Positions 10,064-20,081 are shown, numbered from the stretch's first letter. The stretch: DNA of 64,000 nt from Candidatus Latescibacterota bacterium (GCA_965219385.1 CBDCNM010000001.1:298631-362630), one strand, 5' to 3'. Notes: generated by a model not told the origin, from the sequence alone. Made by a program: numbers and translations.

Positions 10064-10933
10064 ATGGAAAGCATCTATCTAAGGTGGGCCGGCTGCGGCC
10101 ACTTCGACGTGGTGATGGGGGACGTCAACATTTGCTTCGACCCGTATCTGTTCGGCGAACACCTGGAAGCGGCCGAGCCGATCTTCGACTACATCTTCAT
10201 CAGCCACGAACACTTCGACCACGCCCATCCGAAGACCCTGAAGAAGCTGTGCCAGGGGGACCGGTTCAAGAAGCTGTTCGTGCCCACCGGCTGCCTGACC
10301 CCGAACGAGCCGGTCGACGAGAACTACGGCGACGCCGCCTTCGAGCGGGACCTGCCGATCACCAAGCACATCCCGGCCGACAAGGTGCAGGTGGCCTACC
10401 CGAAGTACCAGGACGAGGAAAGCTACGGGTGCCGGGATTTCCCCGGACCGTTCGAATTCGACCTGGGCCCCCTGCAGGTGGAGGTCTACGAGAGCGGCGA
10501 GCATGCCCGGCCGGACCTGCCCACCTGCGGCTACCACGTGGTGCACGCGGAGCGAGACGTCTCGGTGTTCCACACCGGCGACCTGCACCGAGCCTATCCC
10601 GCTATGGAACGGATGCGGGGGCGGGTGGACTACCTGGTGCACATGAAGACGGCGATGGCCCCCCTGATCGAAGCGGTGCAACCCCGCTTTGTGGTGCCGA
10701 CCCACTACCGCACGGACCGGGAGACCGAGCCCATACCGGTTGGCCACTGGCCGCCCAACGTTACGGATGTGAACGCCTTCCTCGAAGATTTGCGGGAGCA
10801 GATCGGCGGCAAAACCAGGATGCTGCCGTTCACCGCCCCGGTGCAATACGAAGTCGAGATGCCGTCGAAAAAGGTGAACTGGGCCTGGGAACGGTTCAAC
10901 TCCTGGGTCGTACCGAAATGGCGAGAGGGATGA
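10064..10933 (+). CDS. Metallo-beta-lactamase-fold hydrolase
   Basis: SHEHFDH (HxHxDH), FHTGD and VPTHY motifs; RBS AAGGAG. Confidence 0.8.
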   Translation: MESIYLRWAGCGHFDVVMGDVNICFDPYLFGEHLEAAEPIFDYIFISHEHFDHAHPKTLKKLCQGDRFKKLFVPTGCLTPNEPVDENYGDAAFERDLPITKHIPADKVQVAYPKYQDEESYGCRDFPGPFEFDLGPLQVEVYESGEHARPDLPTCGYHVVHAERDVSVFHTGDLHRAYPAMERMRGRVDYLVHMKTAMAPLIEAVQPRFVVPTHYRTDRETEPIPVGHWPPNVTDVNAFLEDLREQIGGKTRMLPFTAPVQYEVEMPSKKVNWAWERFNSWVVPKWREG

Positions 10934-11039
10934 TGGACGACTGGAGGGAAGCATAATGGTTCGATGGCTCGAGCGGGGGCCGGTATCGATCGTCTCTCAT
11001 GCTCTCTAATCCTACCGAAACTGAAAATAAGCGTTGGCT

Positions 11040-11314
11040 ATTCGGTCCCTTTTCCGATCTGTTCCTATTCAGGCCTGGCGATGGCACAACAGGCTTTGGG
11101 GGATCAAAAAGGTGCCATTACAACGTTTGAAACCATCTTGGAAGTATTTCCGAATAATCCCAGCATATTGCAGGAATTGGGAAAGGCATGGGCTAAACTC
11201 AATGCCCCGGAAAAGTCACAGTATTACTTTAAGCGAGCTGATGCGGCTCGTAAGAAACAAAGTAGTTTGAGAAAAGCCCAAGAACAATCCACAAAGTCAC
11301 CTATCCTATACTGA
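11040..11314 (+). pseudogene. AT-rich C-terminal fragment of a TPR-like protein
   Basis: GLAMAQQALGDQKGAITTFETILEVFPNNPSILQELGKAW is TPR-like; no convincing start; composition differs from flanks. Confidence 0.45.
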
Positions 11315-11347
11315 CTCAAATCCCGAGCCTGCCGGAGTCCCGACGGG

Positions 11348-11587
11348 TTGAGAAGCCGTCTCAACCCGAACGAGGAGAACGGAAGCCTCGGACTCCTGCC
11401 AAGCACCCATCACTGTGGCGTGGCCGAGCTGACCCACACACCGGGCTCTGGACGCGGCGGCGCTCTGAACGAGTTGATCGAATCGGGGCGTTATCCCTCG
11501 AAAATGCGGCTCAATCTCAAGCGCGGCTCGGCGTTCTTATGCGACGCGCGGCTCATCCACCCGGCTTTCTTAAAAACAGGAGATTAA
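11348..11587 (+). pseudogene. Internal fragment of a phytanoyl-CoA dioxygenase (PhyH)-like gene
   Basis: EENGSLGLLPSTHH...LKRGSAFLCDARLIH resembles the PhyH NGxxxxxPGSH and distal His segments; N-terminus missing. Confidence 0.45.
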
Positions 11588-11590
11588 ACT

Positions 11591-13225
11591 ATGAGCCGAT
11601 CTGCCAGCACCGGGTCGCCGCGCCTGATCTTCAACACCGACGGCAACTGGATGACCCAGTACCTGCCCGACCGCCGGCCCGAGGAGGTCGCCGGCCAGCT
11701 CGACGACCTGGCCGGCGCCGGGGTCGAAGCCTTGTCCGTACTGGTCGGTATCGACGACGCTCCCTCCTGGCGCGGCAGTGCCCACGCCGATATGTGGGGC
11801 GACCACGTCGAAGTCTGGGATCCCGATCCGGATGTGGATGACCAGGGACGGCCCGTCCCCAAGAAGACCAGCGGTGGGAACGATATGAGCTACCTGGAGT
11901 ACCTGCACCGATGCATGGAGGCGGTGATCGAGGATGGCCGCGAGTTGATGCAGATCTACATCGACGCCTGCCGGAGGCGCCAGATCGCCGCGTACGCTTC
12001 CTTGCGCATGAACGACGCCCACACCTCGGACGAGGGCCGCGAATGGCAGGTGCGCGGCCGGCACAAATGCGCGCGGCCGGATTTGCTGATCGGCTCGTCC
12101 CTGCCGGAACGCGCCCATGGCTGGCAGTGGAATTTCTCCTGGCAGTGGGACTACGCCCGGGAGGAGGTGCGCCAGCGCTTTCTGGGACTGATCGACGAGG
12201 TCCTGACCCGCTTCGACTTCGATGGCGTAGAGCTGGACTGGATGCGGCAACCGCCGTTTTTCAAGCCCGGTCAGGTGTTCCGGAACATCGACACCCTCAC
12301 CGGGTTCATGCGCCAGGCCCGGGCCATCGTGCGGAGGCACGGCGAAAAAAAGCAAAAGGACATCCGGCTCCTCACCCGCATTCCGCCCAGCCTCGACGAG
12401 GCCGGCGAGCTGGGGATCGACGCGCGCTGCTGGATCAAAGAGGGGCTGGCCGACTTGTTCGTGCTCAGTTCGGCCTCGCTGTGCACCCCTGCGGTGGATA
12501 TCGCCGAGGCGGTTGAATGTGCGGAGGAAAGCGGTGCGTTGGTCCACACCGGGTTCGACGGCACCACCCACCTGACCTCGCCCCACGAAGGCTACGAGCG
12601 CGGCCAGCCCTGCGTCCTGCGCGCCGTGGCCCACAACGGCTACCTTCAGGGCGCGGCCGGGGTCCACTTGTTCAACTACGACATTCCCCACCACCGCGCC
12701 GGCCCGGCCGAAGGCGACGGGTACAATGCCGATCATTTGCAGTTGTTGCGCGATTTGAAGGATCCACAGGTCCTGGCCGGACGGGATCGCGACTACACAG
12801 TGGCGGATTCCCACCTGGCCGGCAATCCGGGCTACGCCAAAGGGGATCACCGGCCGCAGGTGCCGCGCCAGCTGCCCATCCTGGCACGGGGCACCGGGGG
12901 GCCGGGTTTTGCCATGGACCTGGTTATCGAGGACGATGTGGAGGCGGGCCTGGCCCAGGGCCGCATCAAAAGGACCCAGCTGCGTTTGCGCCTGAGCGAG
13001 CACGAAGCCTGCCTGGACCGCATCGTCTGCCGGGTCAACGACCAGGATGTGTCCGTTATCGGCGCCCCTGCCATCGAGAATCAGTGGGGCAATGCCTGGC
13101 TGCTCATCGACGATCCGCCGGTGCACCAGGGCGCCAACCAGGTCCTGATCGGTCTGGACGGCCTGGTAACCCCGGATCCCTGGCCCACCCTGCACCAGTG
13201 CGAGGTGATGGTGCTGTGTCAGTGA
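11591..13225 (+). CDS. Putative glycoside-hydrolase-like (GHL10-like TIM barrel) protein
   Basis: LIFNTDG, ASLRMNDAH, WDYAREEVR, DFDGVELDWMR, GVHLFNY motifs. Confidence 0.6.
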   Translation: MSRSASTGSPRLIFNTDGNWMTQYLPDRRPEEVAGQLDDLAGAGVEALSVLVGIDDAPSWRGSAHADMWGDHVEVWDPDPDVDDQGRPVPKKTSGGNDMSYLEYLHRCMEAVIEDGRELMQIYIDACRRRQIAAYASLRMNDAHTSDEGREWQVRGRHKCARPDLLIGSSLPERAHGWQWNFSWQWDYAREEVRQRFLGLIDEVLTRFDFDGVELDWMRQPPFFKPGQVFRNIDTLTGFMRQARAIVRRHGEKKQKDIRLLTRIPPSLDEAGELGIDARCWIKEGLADLFVLSSASLCTPAVDIAEAVECAEESGALVHTGFDGTTHLTSPHEGYERGQPCVLRAVAHNGYLQGAAGVHLFNYDIPHHRAGPAEGDGYNADHLQLLRDLKDPQVLAGRDRDYTVADSHLAGNPGYAKGDHRPQVPRQLPILARGTGGPGFAMDLVIEDDVEAGLAQGRIKRTQLRLRLSEHEACLDRIVCRVNDQDVSVIGAPAIENQWGNAWLLIDDPPVHQGANQVLIGLDGLVTPDPWPTLHQCEVMVLCQ

Positions 13226-13465
13226 ACTCTGTCATGCTGGTATAGGGGTCGTGCCATCGACCGTCTTTGAAGATCGTGGATAATTCTATCTGTCCTGCTG
13301 AGTGTCAATATCGGTTTTTGATTGTCTTTGCTCTCTTATGCCGTGATGATTATGTTTACCTGATCCAGATTCACAACAGGCCCTTTTACTGTCATGTTTG
13401 GCCCGCTTGCAATCAGGCGGACGCGACGATACACGTGGAAAAATAATGAAGCGGGAGACGGCATC

Positions 13466-14353
13466 ATGCTGGCACCGTCACCAATCCAAGAATTCCATCG
13501 CAACGGCTTCCTCAACGGGGGACGCATCCTCGGCGACGACGAGCTGGAGGAACTTAAGGAAGAGCTGGACCGCGTCCTGGACAAAGGGCTCGAAGGGTTC
13601 GCGCAAGGCGAAAGGCAGCCCGTACTATTGCGCGACATGAAAGGCGGTGAGGGGGTGAGCGCAAATCCCGTTTGGCAGATCGTCAATATCTGGGAGGCAT
13701 CCACGCCCTTCGAGCGCTTGCTCTACCATCCTTTCATCGTCAGGGCCATCAGCCAGCTGACCGGCCAGCCCGATCTGATGATCTGGCACGACCAGATTCA
13801 GTACAAACCCGCCTGTTGCGGGGGGGCGACCCAGTGGCACCAGGACGCGCCCCTGTGGCCGGTCATCCGGCCCATGACCCCGGTTTCGGCCTGGATCCCC
13901 TTTGACGATGCGGACGAGGAAAATGGTTGCATGTGGATGGTGCCGGGCAGCCACAAGTGGGGCAACCAGATCGATTTTCTGCGCACCCAGAGACACCTGG
14001 TCCAGCTTGAGGAGTTCGGGGATATCCAGGGTTTTACCCCGCCGGCCGGGGTCGAGATCAAGACCGTGGAGCCGCGCCCATGGCCGGTCGAAAAAGGCGA
14101 GGTTTCGTTTCATCACTCCCTGTCCTGGCATGGTTCGCCTTTCAACCGTTCCGAGCGTCCGCGGCGGGCCATCGCCATCCACTACATGACCGGCGAGGCG
14201 CGGTTCGAAGCCAGCGGCGAGCATGCAATGAAGGAGTTTGTGGAGCTGGAGGACGGGGCGCCCATGGCCGGGGCCGGGGCCCACTTCCCCCACGTCTGCA
14301 AGGCCGGCGAACCGGTCGGCGCGTCGGCGGGGTTACAGCTACAGGAACCATAA
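13466..14353 (+). CDS. Phytanoyl-CoA dioxygenase (PhyH) family Fe/2OG oxygenase
   Basis: WHQD, NGCMWMVPGSH, WHGS...RRAIAIHY. Confidence 0.88.
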   Translation: MLAPSPIQEFHRNGFLNGGRILGDDELEELKEELDRVLDKGLEGFAQGERQPVLLRDMKGGEGVSANPVWQIVNIWEASTPFERLLYHPFIVRAISQLTGQPDLMIWHDQIQYKPACCGGATQWHQDAPLWPVIRPMTPVSAWIPFDDADEENGCMWMVPGSHKWGNQIDFLRTQRHLVQLEEFGDIQGFTPPAGVEIKTVEPRPWPVEKGEVSFHHSLSWHGSPFNRSERPRRAIAIHYMTGEARFEASGEHAMKEFVELEDGAPMAGAGAHFPHVCKAGEPVGASAGLQLQEP

Positions 14354-14389
14354 TTTCGAGAAGATTTTAACCTACAGGAGGCTAGTGGT

Positions 14390-15973
14390 ATGGCACGAAA
14401 AGAAGCGATTGTCGCGCAGGTCGGCGATTTACAGGACGGCGAGATGAAGCAGGTCGAGGTCGAAGGAACCGGGGTGTTGTTGAGCCGGGTCAAAGGGCAG
14501 TACCACGCCATCGGCGCCTTCTGCTCGCACTTCGGAGCGCCGCTGGCGGACGGTGTGCTGAGCGGCACGCGGGTGGTATGCCCCTGGCACCACGCCTGTT
14601 TTTCGGTGGCCACCGGCCATCTGGAAGAGCCCCCCGGAATCGATGCGCTGCCCTGCTTCGAGGTGCGGGTCGAGGGGGACGACGTCGTGGTCCTTGTCCC
14701 GGAGGACGCCCCTGGCCAGCAGGTGCCCGAAATGGCGGGGCCGGATGCCGACGATGGCCGGGTGTTCGCGATCCTTGGCGGGGGCGCGGCCGGCGGATTG
14801 GCGGCCGAGACCCTGCGGCAGGACGGCTTTGGCGGGCGCATCGTCCTGGTCACGCGCGAAGACCACCTGCCGTACGACCGGACCTCGCTGAGCAAAAGTT
14901 ACCTGGCGCCGGATCAGAGTCTGAGTCTGCTGCGCGATGCCGCCTTTTTCGCGGCGTGCGGCGTCGAGTTCCAGAGCGGGCGTTCGGTGGCGCGCGTGGA
15001 CGCCGGCGCCAGGCGGCTCGAATTCGAGGATGGGACCACCCTGGCCTACGACGCCCTGCTGGTGGCCACCGGCGCGATCCCGCGCCGGCTGGATTTGCCC
15101 GGCGCCGACCTCGAGGGCGTCTTCACCCTGCGCTCTCCCGCCGATGCCGATGCCATTGTAGCTGCGGCCGGGGCCGGGGACCGGGTGGTGGTGATCGGAG
15201 CGAGCTTCATCGGGCTGGAGTGCGCCGCGGCCCTGAGGGGCAACGACTTGAACGTGACGGTGGTAGCCCCTGAGTCCACGCCCTTTGAGCAGATCCTGGG
15301 GGTGGAGATCGGGCAATTGTTCAAGGACGCCCACGAACAGAACGGGGTGGCGTTCAAACTGGGAACCGGGGTACACAGCTTGGGCGGCAACGGCAAGGTG
15401 GAGAAGGTGAAGCTGAGCAACGGCGAAGAGCTGGAAGCCGATTTCGTCGTGGTCGGGGTGGGCGTGCAACCCTCGGCGGAGGTGCTGGACGGGATTGAAA
15501 AGAATCCGGACGGCAGCGTCAATGTGGACTCGTTCCTGCGGGTGGAGGGCGGCGACGGCACCCTGTACGCGGCGGGGGATATAGCCGCCTTTCCGGACGC
15601 GGTTTCGGGGGAGCGGATTCGCGTCGAGCACTGGCGCCTGGCCCAGCAGCACGGCCGCGTGGCCGCGCACAACATGGCCGGTCGCGAAAACGCTTTCGAC
15701 CAGGTCCCGTTTTTCTGGACCCGGCAGTTCGATGTGAACCTGCGCTATGTGGGACACGCCAAAGAGTGGGACGAGGTGCTGCTCAAAGGGGATATCGGCG
15801 AGCGCAATTTCCTGGCCTACTACCTGAAGGACGGCCAGGTCCGGGGCGTTGCCGGCAGCGGCCGCGACAAGGAGATGTGCGCCATCGAAGAGCACATGCG
15901 GCTGGGCAAGATGCCGGCGGTCGAGGATATTCGCAGCGACGCGGTGGACTGGGAAGGGGGCTTGCGGCGCTAG
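14390..15973 (+). CDS. Rieske [2Fe-2S] + FAD-dependent pyridine nucleotide oxidoreductase fusion
   Basis: CSHFG...CPWH Rieske ligands; GGGAAG, PYDRTSLSK, ATG, GASFIGLE, AAGD, PFFWT. Confidence 0.9.
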   Translation: MARKEAIVAQVGDLQDGEMKQVEVEGTGVLLSRVKGQYHAIGAFCSHFGAPLADGVLSGTRVVCPWHHACFSVATGHLEEPPGIDALPCFEVRVEGDDVVVLVPEDAPGQQVPEMAGPDADDGRVFAILGGGAAGGLAAETLRQDGFGGRIVLVTREDHLPYDRTSLSKSYLAPDQSLSLLRDAAFFAACGVEFQSGRSVARVDAGARRLEFEDGTTLAYDALLVATGAIPRRLDLPGADLEGVFTLRSPADADAIVAAAGAGDRVVVIGASFIGLECAAALRGNDLNVTVVAPESTPFEQILGVEIGQLFKDAHEQNGVAFKLGTGVHSLGGNGKVEKVKLSNGEELEADFVVVGVGVQPSAEVLDGIEKNPDGSVNVDSFLRVEGGDGTLYAAGDIAAFPDAVSGERIRVEHWRLAQQHGRVAAHNMAGRENAFDQVPFFWTRQFDVNLRYVGHAKEWDEVLLKGDIGERNFLAYYLKDGQVRGVAGSGRDKEMCAIEEHMRLGKMPAVEDIRSDAVDWEGGLRR

Positions 15974-16089
15974 TTCTCGCCGCCCAGGAACTGCTGGATC
16001 AGGCGCTCGAAGCAGGCGCCGTAGATCAGGTCGTAGGTCTCCATCTGCTCCGGGATGAGCAGATTTACCCGGAAGCAGACAACCCCCAT

Positions 16090-17184
16090 TCAGAACATCG
16101 GGTAATCTTCCGCCAGTCCGAGTTCGGTCAAGATTTCCGCCAGGCGCTCCGTGGTCGGCCCGTCGATGGGGATGCCGCGTGCGGCGCGGTGCTGCCGCTC
16201 CCGGTGGGCGCGCTCTCCGGGGATCGTGATTCCGTCCATCCCCGGGGCTTTTTGCGAATCCTTCAGGCCCTTGACCAGGGTTTCGACCGACTGGATGAAC
16301 TCATCGCGGGAGGCGAACAGGGCCGGGTCGATGGCCAGGGCAAAGATGCCGTTGCCTTCGCGTTCGGTCGCGGCGCCGGTGCTGCACCCGGCGCCGCCGA
16401 GGGCACCGGCCAGAATGTCGACCAGGAGGCCCAGGGCAAAGCCTTTATAACCGGCCAGCATCCCCCCCAGGGGCAACAGCGCACTCTGCTGGGGATCGGT
16501 AAAGAAGGTATTGGGGTCGGTCGTGGACGCGCCCTGCTCGTCGATGAGCCAGCCCTCGGGCACGGGTTCGCCGCGGTTGGCGTAGATCCGCAACTTGCCG
16601 AAGGCTACTATGCTGGTCGAGACATCGATGACGATGGGCGCCTCGCCCATTCGGGGTATGCCGGCGGCCAGCGGGTTGGTGCTCATGAAGGGCTGAATCC
16701 CCCCCCAGGGCACCACGCTCGGACCGCCGCCGGCATCGTTTGCCATGAGCAGGGCGATCAAACCGTTCTGCGCCGGTTCGAGGAGGTAGCTGCCCAGACG
16801 GGCGATATCGTTCGAGTGGATGGTGCTGACGCAGCCCACCCCGACCTGCCGGGCTTTTTCGCCGGCCAGGCGCAGGGCGCGGGTGGCGGTGACCGGCCCC
16901 GGCCCCCAGCCGGCGTCCAGGTGCGCACTGGCCGGGGTTTCGCGCAATACCGTGAGCCGGGCGCCGGGGATCATGGTCCCCTGGCGGATGGCATCGACGT
17001 ACTTGGGGATGCGCATGATGCCGTGCGAGTCGTAGCCCGACAGGCTGGCTTCGAGGAGGGTCTCGGCGATGATGTCGCACTCGTCTTCGGGGACGTTCGA
17101 GCGGTGCAGGATGTCGACCATCAACCGGCGCATCACCTGGCTGTCGAGGCGTAGCTCGTCTGTTTGCTGGTCTGCCATATTCAA
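16090..17184 (-). CDS. Ldh_2 family oxidoreductase (malate/L-sulfolactate/ureidoglycolate dehydrogenase-like)
   Basis: GYDSHG, STNPLA, LLPLGG, YKGFALGL, IPGE. Confidence 0.85.
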   Translation of the reverse strand: MNMADQQTDELRLDSQVMRRLMVDILHRSNVPEDECDIIAETLLEASLSGYDSHGIMRIPKYVDAIRQGTMIPGARLTVLRETPASAHLDAGWGPGPVTATRALRLAGEKARQVGVGCVSTIHSNDIARLGSYLLEPAQNGLIALLMANDAGGGPSVVPWGGIQPFMSTNPLAAGIPRMGEAPIVIDVSTSIVAFGKLRIYANRGEPVPEGWLIDEQGASTTDPNTFFTDPQQSALLPLGGMLAGYKGFALGLLVDILAGALGGAGCSTGAATEREGNGIFALAIDPALFASRDEFIQSVETLVKGLKDSQKAPGMDGITIPGERAHRERQHRAARGIPIDGPTTERLAEILTELGLAEDYPMF

Positions 17185-17187
17185 TTC

Positions 17188-18528
17188 CTAAAGCTGTTGC
17201 AACGCGGTCTGGACAGAGGATACCAGCCGGTCGATGTGCTGGTCTTGCATGGGCAGCGATACATTGCCGCCGTTCTTCCAGTAGATCTCGTGGTTGATGA
17301 GCCAGAAGAACAGCCACTTGTGCATGGTCTCGTCGTCGCGGACGGCTTCGCGGTAGTTGCGCGGCGGGGCGGAGAGGAAGTGGACCCGGAAGATCGAGCC
17401 GATCACCGTGACCTGGGCCTCCACCCCGGCTTCCTCGAATACCTCCTCCAGCCCTGCCCCCAGGCGCCGGGTCGTGGCGCTGAGCTGGTCGTAGGCCGCG
17501 GGCGTCAGGGCGCGGAGGGTGGCCAGGCCCGCGACCATGGCCAGAGGGTTGGCATTGTAGGTCCCGGACTGGGGGATGGCCGGAGGCCCCGAGGTCGGAT
17601 CGTACTGGGCCATGATATCGGCGCGTCCGCCAAAGGCGGCACCGGCGGTGCCGCCGGCGATGACCTTGGCCAGGGCGGTGAGGTCCGGCCGCACCCCGTA
17701 CACTTCCTGGGCGCCGCCGCGCGCCACCCTGAAACTGATGATCTCGTCGAAGATGAGGAGGACGCCGGCGCTCTGGGTGATCCGGTGCAGGCGGACGAGG
17801 AAATCATCCACGGGCATGGTCATACCCGTGGAGGTGGACAGGGGATCGACGATGACCGCCGCCAGCTGGTCGGCGTTTGCGCGGATGATCTTCTCGCAGG
17901 CCCCGGCGTCGTTGAAGGGCAATACCAAAACCTCTTCGAGGGTGGAGGGGGCCAGTCCGGCCGTGGAGGCTACGGAACGGGGCTGGTCGGCCGGTCCCAG
18001 GGCCGGTCCCACGGGCGGTACATAGCTTACCGAGACGCGGTCGTCGACCCCGTGAAAGGCGCCCTCGAATTTGGCAATTTTGGGTTTGCCGGTAAAGCCC
18101 TGGGCCGCTCTCAGGGCATTCAGCACCGACTCGGAGCCCGAGCTGCAAAAGCGGATGCGCTCCAGGGACGGCACCCGTTCCTGGAGGAGTTGGGCCATCT
18201 CGACTTCGAGGGCGGTGGGCAGGGAGAAGGCCGTGCCCTGGTCGATGCGCTGGTGCAGGGCGCCGACTATACCGGGGTGGGCGTGCCCCAGGATCAGGGC
18301 GGTGTTGTTGTTGACGAAGTCCAGGAGGCGGTGGCCGTCCAGGTCGGTCAGGTACACCCCTTCGCCGCGTTCGGCGTAGGGGGGGAAAGGGTCGATGTAG
18401 GCGCCGGTGCGGGTATTGCCGCCCGGCAGGAAGGCCTTGCCCTGTTCGGCTTTGGCGCCGGAGCGCGGGTTTCTGGCCACGTACTCTGCTATTTGATGGT
18501 CGAGCAGGCTTTTTATGGTTTGTTGCAC
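17188..18528 (-). CDS. Class III PLP aminotransferase (glutamate-1-semialdehyde aminomutase-like)
   Basis: DLDGHRLLDF, LGHAHP, SGSE, KFEGAFHG, LIFDEI, PDLTALAK, GTYNANP. Confidence 0.85.
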   Translation of the reverse strand: MQQTIKSLLDHQIAEYVARNPRSGAKAEQGKAFLPGGNTRTGAYIDPFPPYAERGEGVYLTDLDGHRLLDFVNNNTALILGHAHPGIVGALHQRIDQGTAFSLPTALEVEMAQLLQERVPSLERIRFCSSGSESVLNALRAAQGFTGKPKIAKFEGAFHGVDDRVSVSYVPPVGPALGPADQPRSVASTAGLAPSTLEEVLVLPFNDAGACEKIIRANADQLAAVIVDPLSTSTGMTMPVDDFLVRLHRITQSAGVLLIFDEIISFRVARGGAQEVYGVRPDLTALAKVIAGGTAGAAFGGRADIMAQYDPTSGPPAIPQSGTYNANPLAMVAGLATLRALTPAAYDQLSATTRRLGAGLEEVFEEAGVEAQVTVIGSIFRVHFLSAPPRNYREAVRDDETMHKWLFFWLINHEIYWKNGGNVSLPMQDQHIDRLVSSVQTALQQL

Positions 18529-18612
18529 GGTCTTTCCTCCCGGGAGGTTCGGGTGGAGGAGCAGCTTAATAGCCGATGCGACATTGAGTCCTGATTATGC
18601 CCAACTCTCAAA

Positions 18613-18662
18613 AAATGTTTTATTGCCGTTGGGCGGTCAAGGAGGCTGCTCTGAAAAAAGGG
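18613..18662. repeat. 50-bp direct repeat, copy 1 (copy 2 at 20005-20054)
   Basis: aaatgttttattgccgttgggcggtcaaggaggctgctctgaaaaaaggg is identical at both positions. Confidence 0.92.
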
Positions 18663-18673
18663 TCAAAGATTAG

Positions 18674-18726
18674 ATTAGGCTATTTCAAATTCATATATTG
18701 ACATAGCCTAATTTTTCCGCTATACT
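18674..18726 (+). promoter_or_regulatory. Consensus promoter with inverted-repeat operator for the AAA ATPase gene (probably leaderless mRNA)
   Basis: TTGACA(18698)-N17-TATACT(18721), ATG 7 nt after the -10; inverted repeat attaggctatttcaa / ttgacatagcctaat. Confidence 0.75.
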
Positions 18727-18733
18727 CTTCGCG

Positions 18734-19954
18734 ATGATTATACGCGACCTCACGCCCAAGCTGAAGAAGGCGGCAAGGACATCGCCTTCCATCACGCTCA
18801 CCGGCCCCCGGCAAAGCGGCAAGACAACCTTAAGCCGAGCCGTGTTTCCGCAGCATCCGTACGCGACTCTCGAGGCTCCGGACGTACGCGCTTTCGCGAC
18901 GGAGGATCCCCGTGCCTTCCTGGCTCAATTTCCCGAGGGCGCCATCATTGACGAGGTGCAACGGGTGCCAGACTTGCTCTCCTATTTGCAGGGCGTCATC
19001 GACGCAGATCCAGCACCCGGGCGCTGGATCCTCACGGGCTCGCAAAACCTCTCCCTGCTCGAGTCGGTCAGCCAATCGCTGGCCGGAAGGACGGCGGTAT
19101 ACAACTTGCTGCCGCTTACCCGCGGCGAGATTGTGCGCTTCCCTCAGCATCCCAAGGGTCTCGACGAGACTCTTCTCACCGGCGCGTACCCCCGCATATT
19201 CGATCGTGCACTCGACCCGGTAGACTGGCTCCGTTCGTATGTCGCCACCTATATCGAACGCGACGTGCGGACAATCAGCAACGTGGGTGATCTCGCGACA
19301 TTCCAACGCTTCGTCGAGTTGTGTGCCGGTCGTACGGCGCAGTTGGCCAATTACTCGTCACTGGCCGGCGACTGCGGGGTATCACAGCCAAGCGCCAAAG
19401 CCTGGCTCAGCATACTTGAGACCAGCTTTCTCGCTTTCCGCCTGCCGGCATTTCACTCGAATCTGCGCAAGCGGCTCGTGAAGCTGCCGAAGCTGCACTT
19501 CTACGACACCGGTCTCGTCTGCTGGCTGCTCGGTATCCGTACGCCTGAACAGCTCCGCACCCATCCTCTTCGTGGCCCGATCTTCGAGACCTGGGTCGTC
19601 TCGGAGATCGCGAAATACCGAACCAACCGGGGTGAGACGGGTGGTCTGTCGTTTTACCGCGACCGCAACGGGGCCGAGGCCGGTCTCATCATCGAGCACC
19701 CGTCCCGCATCACGCTCGTCGAAGCCAAGTCCGCCGAGACTGCATCCTCGAGCTTGTTCGATGGTACCCGACGCGTCCGGAGACATCTCACCCAATCACC
19801 TCGTCCATGTTCCGTAGTCGTAGCCTATGGCGGCGATCAACTCCAGCACCGCGCGGCGGGGAGTCTGATACCTTGGAGCAAGCTACACGAAGCAGGTTTT
19901 TGGGAATCGGAACGCGTCGTTTCCGTCTTTGCCGCTGGTCAGCCGAATCGCTGA
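18734..19954 (+). CDS. AAA+ ATP-binding protein, AAA_14 + DUF4143 type
   Basis: GPRQSGKT Walker A, IIDEVQ Walker B, ILTGS, KLHFYDTGL, FYRDRNG-EA; the usual E-V-D nuclease-like motif reads EAG. Confidence 0.88.
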   Translation: MIIRDLTPKLKKAARTSPSITLTGPRQSGKTTLSRAVFPQHPYATLEAPDVRAFATEDPRAFLAQFPEGAIIDEVQRVPDLLSYLQGVIDADPAPGRWILTGSQNLSLLESVSQSLAGRTAVYNLLPLTRGEIVRFPQHPKGLDETLLTGAYPRIFDRALDPVDWLRSYVATYIERDVRTISNVGDLATFQRFVELCAGRTAQLANYSSLAGDCGVSQPSAKAWLSILETSFLAFRLPAFHSNLRKRLVKLPKLHFYDTGLVCWLLGIRTPEQLRTHPLRGPIFETWVVSEIAKYRTNRGETGGLSFYRDRNGAEAGLIIEHPSRITLVEAKSAETASSSLFDGTRRVRRHLTQSPRPCSVVVAYGGDQLQHRAAGSLIPWSKLHEAGFWESERVVSVFAAGQPNR

Positions 19955-19977
19955 TACCTTCACGGATAGCCTCGCCG

Positions 19978-20002
19978 GTCTCCCCTTGCTTCGGCAAGGG
20001 GA
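19978..20002 (+). CRISPR. Solitary truncated degenerate CRISPR repeat
   Basis: GTCTCCCCTTGCTTCGGCAAGGGGA versus array GTCTCCCCTCGCTTCGGTGAGGGGA; changes keep the stem paired; 3' handle absent. Confidence 0.75.
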
Positions 20003-20004
20003 AT

Positions 20005-20054
20005 AAATGTTTTATTGCCGTTGGGCGGTCAAGGAGGCTGCTCTGAAAAAAGGG
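20005..20054. repeat. 50-bp direct repeat, copy 2
   Basis: Identical to 18613-18662. Confidence 0.92.
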
Positions 20055-20081
20055 CCAAAAATTTAGATTTTTTCGACACAA

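Noticed and set aside
9745..10956. 403-aa ORF overlapping the MBL hydrolase
   Set aside because: Arg/Pro/Gly-rich alternate frame; the 10064 frame has the RBS and catalytic motif
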